This document shows positions 55,652 through 63,203 of a stretch of 64,000 nucleotides of DNA, one piece after another. This stretch comes from Candidatus Saccharimonadota bacterium (GTDB lineage Bacteria > Patescibacteriota > Saccharimonadia > Saccharimonadales > SLHW01): contig JBJHDA010000001.1 of assembly GCA_050486305.1 (NCBI GenBank), positions 115,071 through 179,070 of the forward strand, read 5' to 3'. Numbering within the stretch: the first letter of the stretch is position 1; the number at the start of each line of letters is the position of its first letter. A program made the translations under genes and the position numbers. The notes below the pieces were generated by a model. It searched no databases and had not been told where the DNA came from. It saw only the letters and a program-made list of their open reading frames with translations.

Positions 55652-55700
55652 AACGAGCCTCTAGTGGTGCCCACCCCCTCTAGAGGCTCGTTTTATTTTT
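55652..55700 (+). terminator. Strong hairpin + T-tract oriented for plus-strand termination, with no annotated plus-strand gene upstream
   Basis: A 13-bp stem AACGAGCCTCTAG / CTAGAGGCTCGTT (55652-55664 and 55680-55692) is followed by TTTTATTTTT. On the minus strand the hairpin is followed by UUACACCC, so there is no U-tract. Confidence 0.6.
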
Positions 55701-56340
55701 AGGTGATAACGTTGCGGGTTTCAATGGGTATAGTGCCATCCGCAAAGATTATTTCAGTAAGTAATGCCGTCACTTCTTTCGTTACGTCATTTAAAATGTC
55801 TTTTTGCGAACGAGTAAATGTGCCGAGAACAAAGTCTGAGCTATCAATGTCCTCCGGCTCTTTCGGTCCTATGCCGACCCGAATCCGGCCGAATTCTTCG
55901 CCGATATCAGAAATGATTGATTTTATGCCGTTGTGACCACCACTACCCCCGCCTAACCGGCTTCTTATTTGGCCGAGGGGGATATCGATATCATCGTGTA
56001 CGACGATACAGTTTTTCGTCTCAATAGTATGGTACCGAAGCAGCTGTTTTACCGCCCGACCGCTATTGTTCATTAGCGTGGCAGGCTTTTGAATGATGAT
56101 CTGGCTGTCACTCAGGTGGGTCTTCGTGATGTCCGCCTGTAGCTTTTTGCTGCTTTCCCACTTTGGAAATTGATGCTCGCGGGCAAAAGCATCTACACAT
56201 AAGAAGCCAGCGTTATGTCTTGTGTTCTCATATTTCTTTCCGATATTGCCGAGACCGATAATCGCAAAAGTATTTTCTGACGCGAGGCTATAAAGCGGAA
56301 TCGAGCTAAGGATCTGCGGTTTTTTCTGGAGTAGTCCCAT
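55699..56340 (-). CDS. pth: Peptidyl-tRNA hydrolase
   Basis: IIGLGNIGKKYENTRHNAGF, VVHDDIDIPLG and GGHNGIKS motifs. The ATG directly follows the der stop codon. Confidence 0.93.
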   Translation of the reverse strand: MGLLQKKPQILSSIPLYSLASENTFAIIGLGNIGKKYENTRHNAGFLCVDAFAREHQFPKWESSKKLQADITKTHLSDSQIIIQKPATLMNNSGRAVKQLLRYHTIETKNCIVVHDDIDIPLGQIRSRLGGGSGGHNGIKSIISDIGEEFGRIRVGIGPKEPEDIDSSDFVLGTFTRSQKDILNDVTKEVTALLTEIIFADGTIPIETRNVIT

Positions 56341-57690
56341 CTAAGGTTTGCCTCGTTTGCGTTTCTTTGGTGCTCTCGGTACGCTACTGTCGAAAAACCA
56401 GAATCGGATAGCGGTGCCATCAAAGCCGAACGAAGTGCGTAATTCACGCTCCATGAATCGTTTGTAGCTCCAGTGCAGAAATTTTGTATGGGTACCATAT
56501 ACCTTAAAGTTCGTTGGATTGTCAGACTCTTGGAGCATGTACTTAAGGGTTGGCTGATAGTTTTTTAAGCCAGCTGGAATGTGCTTTTGGGTTATACGCT
56601 TAAGCCAGTTGTTTAGTACACTTGTCTGTATTTGTGTCTGTCGATTTTTATGGATATCTAAGACAAGTTCGAATATTTTTGATACGTTCTGGCCGGTAAC
56701 GCTGCTCGTAAAGACGAGTGGAGCCCAGGGCACGAAGGTAAAGTCATGCTTAATCCTATTAGCGATGCCGTCTCTTGTATAGGCATCTTTTTCGAGCTTG
56801 TCCCATTTGCTCATGACAATGAGGAGGCCCTTGTTTGCTTCCTTCGCCATCCCGGCAATTTTTTGGTCTAACTGAACGCTTGGCTCTGTGCTGTCTACAA
56901 CCAAAATGCAAATATCGGACTCTTCAATTGCTGCCAGGCTTCTAAGTACGCTGAAATGTTCAATGCCCTTTTCAATCTTCCCGCTTCGTCGTATTCCAGC
57001 AGTGTCAGAGAGCTCAATCGGTTGGTTATGGAAGCGTATGGTTCGACGATTGACGTCACGGGTTGTTCCTGCAACGCTAGAAACGACTGCTTCTTGTTTT
57101 TTCAACAGTGAATTGAATAGACTTGACTTGCCAACATTCGGTCTACCTAGTAGTGCTACGGATATTTTATCGTCCTCTTCTCTTTTTGATACTTTTGGCA
57201 GCACTTCTGCAATCGTATCGAGAAGCTCAGGGATTCCCCGCTTTTGAGTAGTGCTAGTAGTGACCCTATCTTTTATCCCTAGGCGAGAAAAAGCGTCGAG
57301 GTCTGCCCCCTTAGCTTTATCAATTTTGTTGATCACGAGCAGAACCGGCTTCTTGCTTCGCAGAGCAATCTTTGCAACGTTGCGGTCTTCTTGTGAGACG
57401 CCTATGTCTGCCTCGGCTACCACAAGAATAATATCTGCACTTTCGGCTGCCTGGTGTATCTGCTCCTGAATTGTTAGCTCGAATTCGTCTTCAGCAGACT
57501 TCATGCCAGCAGTATCAACCAGCCAGAAGGAGTGGTTGTGGTGGCCTGCGAGCTGCCAAATTGCGTCTCGGGTCGTACCTGCTTCTCTGGCGACAATGGT
57601 TTCTCGCTTACCGATTATCGCGTTGAATAAACTTGACTTGCCAACGTTTGCCCGACCGACAATCGCTACAATCGGTATTTTCTTTTTCAT
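56341..57690 (-). CDS. der: Ribosome-associated GTPase Der (EngA)
   Basis: Two tandem GTPase domains with G1 motifs GRANVGKSSLFN and GRPNVGKSSLFN, DTAG motifs, NKxD motifs and a KH-like C-terminus. Confidence 0.95.
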   Translation of the reverse strand: MKKKIPIVAIVGRANVGKSSLFNAIIGKRETIVAREAGTTRDAIWQLAGHHNHSFWLVDTAGMKSAEDEFELTIQEQIHQAAESADIILVVAEADIGVSQEDRNVAKIALRSKKPVLLVINKIDKAKGADLDAFSRLGIKDRVTTSTTQKRGIPELLDTIAEVLPKVSKREEDDKISVALLGRPNVGKSSLFNSLLKKQEAVVSSVAGTTRDVNRRTIRFHNQPIELSDTAGIRRSGKIEKGIEHFSVLRSLAAIEESDICILVVDSTEPSVQLDQKIAGMAKEANKGLLIVMSKWDKLEKDAYTRDGIANRIKHDFTFVPWAPLVFTSSVTGQNVSKIFELVLDIHKNRQTQIQTSVLNNWLKRITQKHIPAGLKNYQPTLKYMLQESDNPTNFKVYGTHTKFLHWSYKRFMERELRTSFGFDGTAIRFWFFDSSVPRAPKKRKRGKP

Positions 57691-57743
57691 ATAAATACTA
57701 TTATCGCAGATAAAGGACTATTACTAAACCGTTCAAGGTTTTT

Positions 57744-58400
57744 CTATATTGTTGCGAACTCTCCTTGCTCAAGACCTTCGAGGGAATACGGGCCGAATGC
57801 GGTCCGGTGCAAGGATATGACCTTATATCTTTTTGCCTGGAAGGTTCGCCTGATTTGCCGGTTACGTCCTTCGCTCATCGTTATTTCCCACTGTTTTCGG
57901 GCCGGTGCCAGCTGTCGTAGCTGAAGAGCGCTCTTTCCATCGTCCAGCTCGACACCAGTAGTAATAGCAGACTCGTCTTGTTCTGTGAGCGCTCGATCAA
58001 GTACTACTATGTATGTCTTCCGCTTGTTAAACTTTGGATGAGTGAGTTCATGAGCAAGCGTGCCATCAGAAGTCATTATAAGTAAGCCTGAGGAATTTTT
58101 ATCAAGCCTGCCGACTGGATTGAGGTCATGGTAGTCGCGTGGAAGCAGGCGATATACAGTCGGACTCCCCTGTCCGTTGCGTGAACATACATATCCCACA
58201 GGTTTATATAGCATAATTGTCCTATCATGCGATTCTGCCCTGATTGTTTTACCGTTGACTTTAACAACATCGTTTGTTGATACGATTTGTCCGTGTACTG
58301 CAGGGACGCCGTTCACCTCTACTTGCCCTTGCTCAATGATCTTATCAGCTTTCCTTCGGCTAACCTGGAGCCCACGAGCAACATACCGATTAATTCTCAT
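57744..58400 (-). CDS. RsuA/RluB family pseudouridine synthase
   Basis: N-terminal S4 domain (RINRYVARGLQVSRRKADKIIEQG) and the catalytic Asp motif GRLDKNSSGLLIMTSDG. Confidence 0.88.
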   Translation of the reverse strand: MRINRYVARGLQVSRRKADKIIEQGQVEVNGVPAVHGQIVSTNDVVKVNGKTIRAESHDRTIMLYKPVGYVCSRNGQGSPTVYRLLPRDYHDLNPVGRLDKNSSGLLIMTSDGTLAHELTHPKFNKRKTYIVVLDRALTEQDESAITTGVELDDGKSALQLRQLAPARKQWEITMSEGRNRQIRRTFQAKRYKVISLHRTAFGPYSLEGLEQGEFATI

Positions 58401-58445
58401 ACGCTGTAGTGTACGCTATTCAGGAGTTTGAAGTATCTTCAATTT

Positions 58446-60281
58446 CTATAGAGCAATATTGGTTGGATCGTCATCAGAAGTTGTATTCTGTTTTTCCTGT
58501 TGTGTTCCGCCAGGCTGAATGACGTTACCAGGCTGAGTATTGCTTGGGGCTGAATCTGGGGTCGGTGGCGTAACTGTTTCGCCAGTTGGCGATACGACGG
58601 AAGAGGCCGGAAGCTCACTATTGGTTGGACCGTTTTCGGCTTCTTCTTCGGCGAGCTTATTCAGGTCGGGTGCTTTTGCATTAGTGTCGCTGATTGGCTG
58701 GATGACTCGTTGACCACCTGTTGCTGTGCTTGGTGCATTCTTATCCTCTTTTGAGGGAACAGCCGGGCTTGGGTCTTTCTTTTCTTCTTGCTGCGCTTCT
58801 GGCGGTGTAGTAACCTCGTTGGCGCTAGCTTCTTCGTTGGCTTGAGAATCTGTTTGTGCAGCCTCAGGTGTTACGGGTGAAGGCTGAACTGGCTGTTCGG
58901 CGACTGGTGATTCACTAGCACCAGTCGCAGGTGGCGACGTAACGGTCTCAGGGGTAGTGGTGTCGGAATTTGTTTGATTGGCATCACTCTGTTCTTGTGG
59001 AGCTTCTTTTACTGCAATGTTTTGTGCCGGTGCGCTGCTTGGCAGAGTAAAGCCATTACCTTGATCCAGCTGGTTGTTATTCTCTTGCTCTTGGGGCGCA
59101 GGTTCTGTGGGCTTAACAGCTGGCGTGTCAGCAGGTGCTGGTTCGTTGCTGTGGAGTTGATTTTTTACAAAATCATCAATTTTCGTATCAATTGCCGCCT
59201 CTTCCTCTGCCGTTGTCTGTGCTGGTGGCGTATTGGTTGGGACTTGTGGCTGACTCACGTCAGACGAAGCCGTGGAAGCCGTTGCATCTGCTTCTGCTGC
59301 TGAAGAGGTGTTGCTTTGATCGGTTGCTGCCGGATCTTCTGAGGGTGCTGCAGAGGGCTCGTCGTTGGTGGCTGTCTGTTGTTGACTGCTTGCTGTTGAG
59401 ACATCTGGCATTGTCGGTGCTGGTGGAGGAGGCGGAGTGGCTTCAGCGGATTGAAGATTCGCGGACGCCTCTTCCTCTGCCGTTGTCTGTGCTGGTGGCG
59501 TATTGGTTGGGACTTGTGGCTGACTCACGTCAGACGAAGCCGTGGAAGCCGTTGCATCTGCTTCTGCTGCTGAAGAGGTGTTGCTTTGATCGGTTGCTGC
59601 CGGATCTTCTGAGGGTGCTGCAGAGGGCTCGTCGTTGGTGGCTGGATTCGTGCTGCCCGGTGGCTGCTGACTCGTAGCCGGTTCTGGTGCTGGCTGTGGG
59701 GCGCTTGGCTGACTTGTTGTGGCAGCGGCTGCACTAGGGGTTGCATTACTCTCATCTGCTGGCTGTTGCTGATCAGTGGTCTGGTTCGAGGTGTCTTGCT
59801 GTGCCTCAGGCGTTGATGGTGGCTCAGAAACAGCGGGTGCTGTATCTGTCGTGACTGGTTCTGGTGGAACGCTTGTCGCAGGTTCGTCTGCAGGTTTTTC
59901 CGAAGACTCACCAGACCCGTTTAAGAGTTCGTCGGCAACTCTGGCAACATCCTCCAATGTAACTTGCGACTTTACTAAGTATTTGTCCGCGCCAAGCTTA
60001 TCTGCACGCTCTTTGTCTTCTGCTTGCGATAGCGCTGTCATCATGACTACTTTTGTATCTTCAATTCCTGGTGTGGTGCGGAGTATATCGAGCATATCAA
60101 AGCCGCTAATTTTCGGCATCATTACATCAGAAATAATAAGGTCGGGTTTTTGTTTTGTCGCGAGCGCAAGCGCTTCCTCGCCGTCTTTTGCAGACACAAC
60201 TTCATACCCTTCTGCGAGAAGGCGTGCTTCATATATTTCTCGTAGATTATTGTCATCTTCGACGAGCATTATTTTTGCCAT
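58446..60281 (-). CDS. Response regulator receiver domain fused to a ~480 aa low-complexity P/T/S/A/Q/E-rich tail
   Basis: The N-terminal receiver (VEDDNN, DLIISDVMMP, MMTAL, YLVKS) is a paralog of 12611-12997. The remainder is compositionally biased and contains two identical 59-aa blocks. Confidence 0.85.
   Translation of the reverse strand: MAKIMLVEDDNNLREIYEARLLAEGYEVVSAKDGEEALALATKQKPDLIISDVMMPKISGFDMLDILRTTPGIEDTKVVMMTALSQAEDKERADKLGADKYLVKSQVTLEDVARVADELLNGSGESSEKPADEPATSVPPEPVTTDTAPAVSEPPSTPEAQQDTSNQTTDQQQPADESNATPSAAAATTSQPSAPQPAPEPATSQQPPGSTNPATNDEPSAAPSEDPAATDQSNTSSAAEADATASTASSDVSQPQVPTNTPPAQTTAEEEASANLQSAEATPPPPPAPTMPDVSTASSQQQTATNDEPSAAPSEDPAATDQSNTSSAAEADATASTASSDVSQPQVPTNTPPAQTTAEEEAAIDTKIDDFVKNQLHSNEPAPADTPAVKPTEPAPQEQENNNQLDQGNGFTLPSSAPAQNIAVKEAPQEQSDANQTNSDTTTPETVTSPPATGASESPVAEQPVQPSPVTPEAAQTDSQANEEASANEVTTPPEAQQEEKKDPSPAVPSKEDKNAPSTATGGQRVIQPISDTNAKAPDLNKLAEEEAENGPTNSELPASSVVSPTGETVTPPTPDSAPSNTQPGNVIQPGGTQQEKQNTTSDDDPTNIAL
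59196..59644. repeat. Two 100% identical 179-nt direct repeats (59196-59374 and 59466-59644) inside the response-regulator tail
   Basis: A direct comparison of the printed sequence shows every base identical over 179 nt, at an offset of 270 nt. Confidence 0.95.
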
Positions 60282-60392
60282 GTGTCTGAGTGCTCCTTCA
60301 TATGTGATATGTTATATCGCTTATGTTGTTGGTATTGTACCATGTATTATCTCCCTTATTTGGTGAATATTTTCATGAGGCTCATTTATTGA

Positions 60393-62138
60393 TTAACTTC
60401 CTTCGGCTTGTTGTTTTTGGGCCTCAGCCGCCTGCTGGGAGGTAAGCCGGGGCAGGTTTATATAAAATGTACTGCCCTTTCCAAGCTTGCTCTCTACCCA
60501 GATTCTCCCTTTGTAGAGTTCAATAATCTTTCTACTGATAAACAGGCCAAGGCCAGTTCCGCCGATGGTTCGGGTTGCGGAGTTATCGACTCGATAGAAC
60601 TTCTGGAACATGTGAGGGATATCATCTTCGGGTATACCGACACCAGTATCTTTGATGAAAAGTTGCGCAACTTCGTTATTGCCAGTAAGTCCGATGGTTA
60701 TTTTGCCAGACTCGGTGTACTTCACTGCGTTGTCAAAAAGATTCGTAATAACCTCTCGTAACCTGTCTGGATCTGCCATTACATGATAGAGCGGCTTAAT
60801 AGTTTTGCCGCCTGCCGCGTTATTAGTATTCGTGTTGTCGGCAGAGCCAATAAGTCGCTCCACGAGCAAACCCTTCTTCTCTGCTGCGAACCGCAGATCT
60901 TCGGCTAATTGTTCTGTAAATTCGCCTAATTCGATGACAGTCGGATGGCTGACCAGCCGGCCATCTTCTGCTTTTGCGCTCGTGAGGAGATCTTGGAAGA
61001 GTTTACCCAGATGCTGACTGCTAGAGTGCGCTTTCATTAAGTAGCTACGTGCATTACTGTCGATTTTGCTTACTTTTTCATTTAGGGCAAGCGCTAGGTA
61101 GCCTTCGATTGCTGCGACAGGCGTACGCATTTCGTGACTCGCAGTACTTATGAAATCTGCGCGTCTTTTTTCTTCAGCATGGGCTTGGCTAACGTCACGG
61201 ATAACTGCGACAGCGCCAGCTAGTTCTTTTGATTCGGGAATGGTGACAGGAGATACGGCTATAGACACGATTAATTTTTTTCCGTTTCTGCCATTCAACA
61301 GCAGAGTGCGTTCAATTGATTGACGGTTCTTTAACACCTCGGAAAAGACATCTATTGTTTTGTTTATGTCTTTTTCATCTTCTTCTTGCAGCGAAACGAC
61401 ATTACGTACGTCTATGCCGATTGATTCTTCAACAGACCATTCTGTCATGTTCGCGGCTGCAGGGTTCATTACGGTAATTTTTCCAGCGGTTTCAGTAACG
61501 ATGATGCCGTCAGCTATCGACTGTATAAGCATGTCAGATATTTGCTTCCGACTTTTCAGTTGGCCGCTTAGCCGATCAAGCTCTACGTTTTCGCTATCGA
61601 TGTAATAACGCCTCCAGTACAGCCAGCTTGCAAAACATAACAGATAAGTGGAAAAAACAATAATGAGGCCATGGATATCTATGAGCGAGTGTTCACCACG
61701 AGCGCCATTAATGGCGGAAACTTGAAACAGTACGTAATAAAACGTTACCAGAAAAGCAGGAACGGTGCTAAGGGCGAGCCCTAATATGCCAACTGTCAAA
61801 CAAGACAAGAGCAAGACGGCCACCCATGGCGAGTGAAGTCCACCGTCTGCATGAACGATGCCTATGGTGTTAATCATCAGCATTGCTGCCAATATGGCAG
61901 GTGCTGCAGCCTCGTTTTTAATTGCCACAAATTTATAGATTAAAAATCCGAATATAATATGGCCGAGCGCGATAATCGCTACCAAGGGTGTTATTGGACG
62001 CAAGAAGGCCAAATATTCTCCTACGGCGCTATCAAGCGGTGTAACGGCAAAGGCAATAAACCCTATACAAAACAGGGACTGAATAGCCATGCTTGTGTAT
62101 CTGTAGAATTGAAGCCAGCGTCCGCTTGCGAGATGCAT
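60393..62138 (-). CDS. Membrane sensor histidine kinase (multi-TM N-terminus, PAS-like region, HisKA, HATPase_c)
   Basis: About 6 TM helices, H-box STASHEMRTPVAAIEG, N-box NLFDNAVKYT, then DTGVGI and GGTGLGLFIS. The start may be the internal Met (MAIQSLF). Confidence 0.9.
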   Translation of the reverse strand: MHLASGRWLQFYRYTSMAIQSLFCIGFIAFAVTPLDSAVGEYLAFLRPITPLVAIIALGHIIFGFLIYKFVAIKNEAAAPAILAAMLMINTIGIVHADGGLHSPWVAVLLLSCLTVGILGLALSTVPAFLVTFYYVLFQVSAINGARGEHSLIDIHGLIIVFSTYLLCFASWLYWRRYYIDSENVELDRLSGQLKSRKQISDMLIQSIADGIIVTETAGKITVMNPAAANMTEWSVEESIGIDVRNVVSLQEEDEKDINKTIDVFSEVLKNRQSIERTLLLNGRNGKKLIVSIAVSPVTIPESKELAGAVAVIRDVSQAHAEEKRRADFISTASHEMRTPVAAIEGYLALALNEKVSKIDSNARSYLMKAHSSSQHLGKLFQDLLTSAKAEDGRLVSHPTVIELGEFTEQLAEDLRFAAEKKGLLVERLIGSADNTNTNNAAGGKTIKPLYHVMADPDRLREVITNLFDNAVKYTESGKITIGLTGNNEVAQLFIKDTGVGIPEDDIPHMFQKFYRVDNSATRTIGGTGLGLFISRKIIELYKGRIWVESKLGKGSTFYINLPRLTSQQAAEAQKQQAEGS

Positions 62139-62283
62139 GTTTTAAATAGCCCACCAGTCGTTATTTTTTGTAAGCTTAGCATCCATTATACGATACTGGT
62201 AGTGCTTTTCATACCTGGACAATCGACACATCAAAGACTCAACTAAACCGGACATCGTATGTTAGTATATATGCGTTGATTCC

Positions 62284-62358
62284 GGCCTCATCGTCTAACG
62301 GCTAGGACGCCAGGTTCTCATCCTGGTAATCGGGGTTCGATTCCCCGTGAGGTCACCA
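62284..62358 (+). tRNA. tRNA-Glu (anticodon CTC), CCA encoded
   Basis: A cloverleaf can be read by eye. The acceptor stem is GGCCTCA/TGAGGTC and the D arm is GTCTAACGGCTAGGAC. The anticodon stem CCAGG/CCTGG carries the loop TTCTCAT. The T arm is CGGGG-TTCGATT-CCCCG, followed by discriminator A and CCA. Confidence 0.9.
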
Positions 62359-62360
62359 AT

Positions 62361-62395
62361 ATAAAAAGTTCATCGTAAGATGAACTTTTTATATT
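62361..62395 (+). terminator. Rho-independent terminator after tRNA-Glu
   Basis: A perfect 14-bp stem ATAAAAAGTTCATC-GTAA-GATGAACTTTTTAT with a U-rich 3' side. Confidence 0.75.
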
Positions 62396-62499
62396 GGTAG
62401 TTCGCCGCAGGCGAACATTGAACCTAGGTTCGAAGACAAGGCACACGCGCAGAAGCTTGCTTCGAGCATGGGCTGCAGTCGCATCGACCAACGGAAGAT

Positions 62500-62561
62500 A
62501 TTCCCCGTGAGGTGCCCATCGCAGGACGGGCTTTTATATTGGTAGTTCGCCTGTGGCGAAC
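62500..62561 (+). repeat. Second copy of the tRNA-Glu 3' end (14 nt) plus the 30-nt block that follows the tRNA terminator
   Basis: ATTCCCCGTGAGGT at 62500-62513 equals 62340-62353. TTTTATATTGGTAGTTCGCC-NNN-GGCGAAC at 62532-62561 equals 62387-62416 except for the 3-nt loop. Confidence 0.85.
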
Positions 62562-62697
62562 GAATCAAACCTCGGACGGCAGTTCGGGCGCCAACGAAGC
62601 CACTCGCAGTCCGCCTGAGGCGGACGAGCATGACCGAGCGGATATAGTCAGGCGCGAAAGCCCTGATGCTCTCCTCCGTGAACTTTCTCTAAAAAAT

Positions 62698-62722
62698 AAA
62701 CACGCTAGTCGACTTGCGTTCA
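62698..62722. repeat. Third, degenerate copy of the CACGCAAGTCGACTTGCGTG palindromic element
   Basis: AAACACGCTAGTCGACTTGCGTTCA; compare 26420-26449. Confidence 0.5.
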
Positions 62723-62800
62723 GGAATATATTACCGAACTAAAGAATTGCAAATGTGGTCGATCTCTATAATTACAATGCATATAGAGCACTTGATGCTT

Positions 62801-63199
62801 TTAAACTGAGTTTAAAAATTCTACGAGTTGCTTCGGTGTTATCTCTGCCTTAATGATATAGCCATCTGCTTGTTGCTCTAGCTGCTTTTTTGTCTCTTCA
62901 CTTTGCTCAAGGTTGGTTGTAATGACAATTTTGGCTTTAATCGGAGGCTGTCTTTGCCGTAATTGTGCAAGTATTTCGTTGCCGGTTAAGGTGGGAACCA
63001 TAATGTCAAGCAGGATAATATCAAAAGAATCTGTCAGTGCTTTCTGTAACCCGTCCTCGCCATCTACCGCGAGAATGACGTCGTAGCCTACTTTCTTTAA
63101 CGCACGGACGTATAGCTCACTGATAAAAAACTCGTCTTCTATGATGAGAATTTTTTTTGCTTGGGAGGTGCTATCTTCTTGTGGTGAATTGTTTTCCAT
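62801..63199 (-). CDS. Single-domain response regulator (receiver only)
   Basis: IIEDEFF, DIILLDIMVP, ITTNL and YIIKA receiver motifs. At 132 aa it has no output domain. It starts 4 nt after the upstream kinase stop. Confidence 0.88.
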   Translation of the reverse strand: MENNSPQEDSTSQAKKILIIEDEFFISELYVRALKKVGYDVILAVDGEDGLQKALTDSFDIILLDIMVPTLTGNEILAQLRQRQPPIKAKIVITTNLEQSEETKKQLEQQADGYIIKAEITPKQLVEFLNSV

Positions 63200-63203
63200 T
63201 ACG

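Noticed and set aside
59196-59644. I considered whether the 179-nt repeat pair could be a DGR template/variable repeat pair.
   Set aside because: The two copies are identical, with no adenine-specific differences. No reverse transcriptase or accessory gene is present anywhere in the window.
59135-60366. Plus-strand ORFs of 180 and 196 aa lie opposite the response-regulator gene.
   Set aside because: They are the antisense reading of the low-complexity tail and of the well-supported receiver domain, and they have no motifs of their own.
62389-62742. ORFs of 80 aa (minus strand) and 76 aa (plus strand) lie in the region after tRNA-Glu.
   Set aside because: They run through the repeat and hairpin units, have Arg/Ala/Gly-rich composition and lack ribosome-binding sites. 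The nucleotide-level repeats explain the region better.
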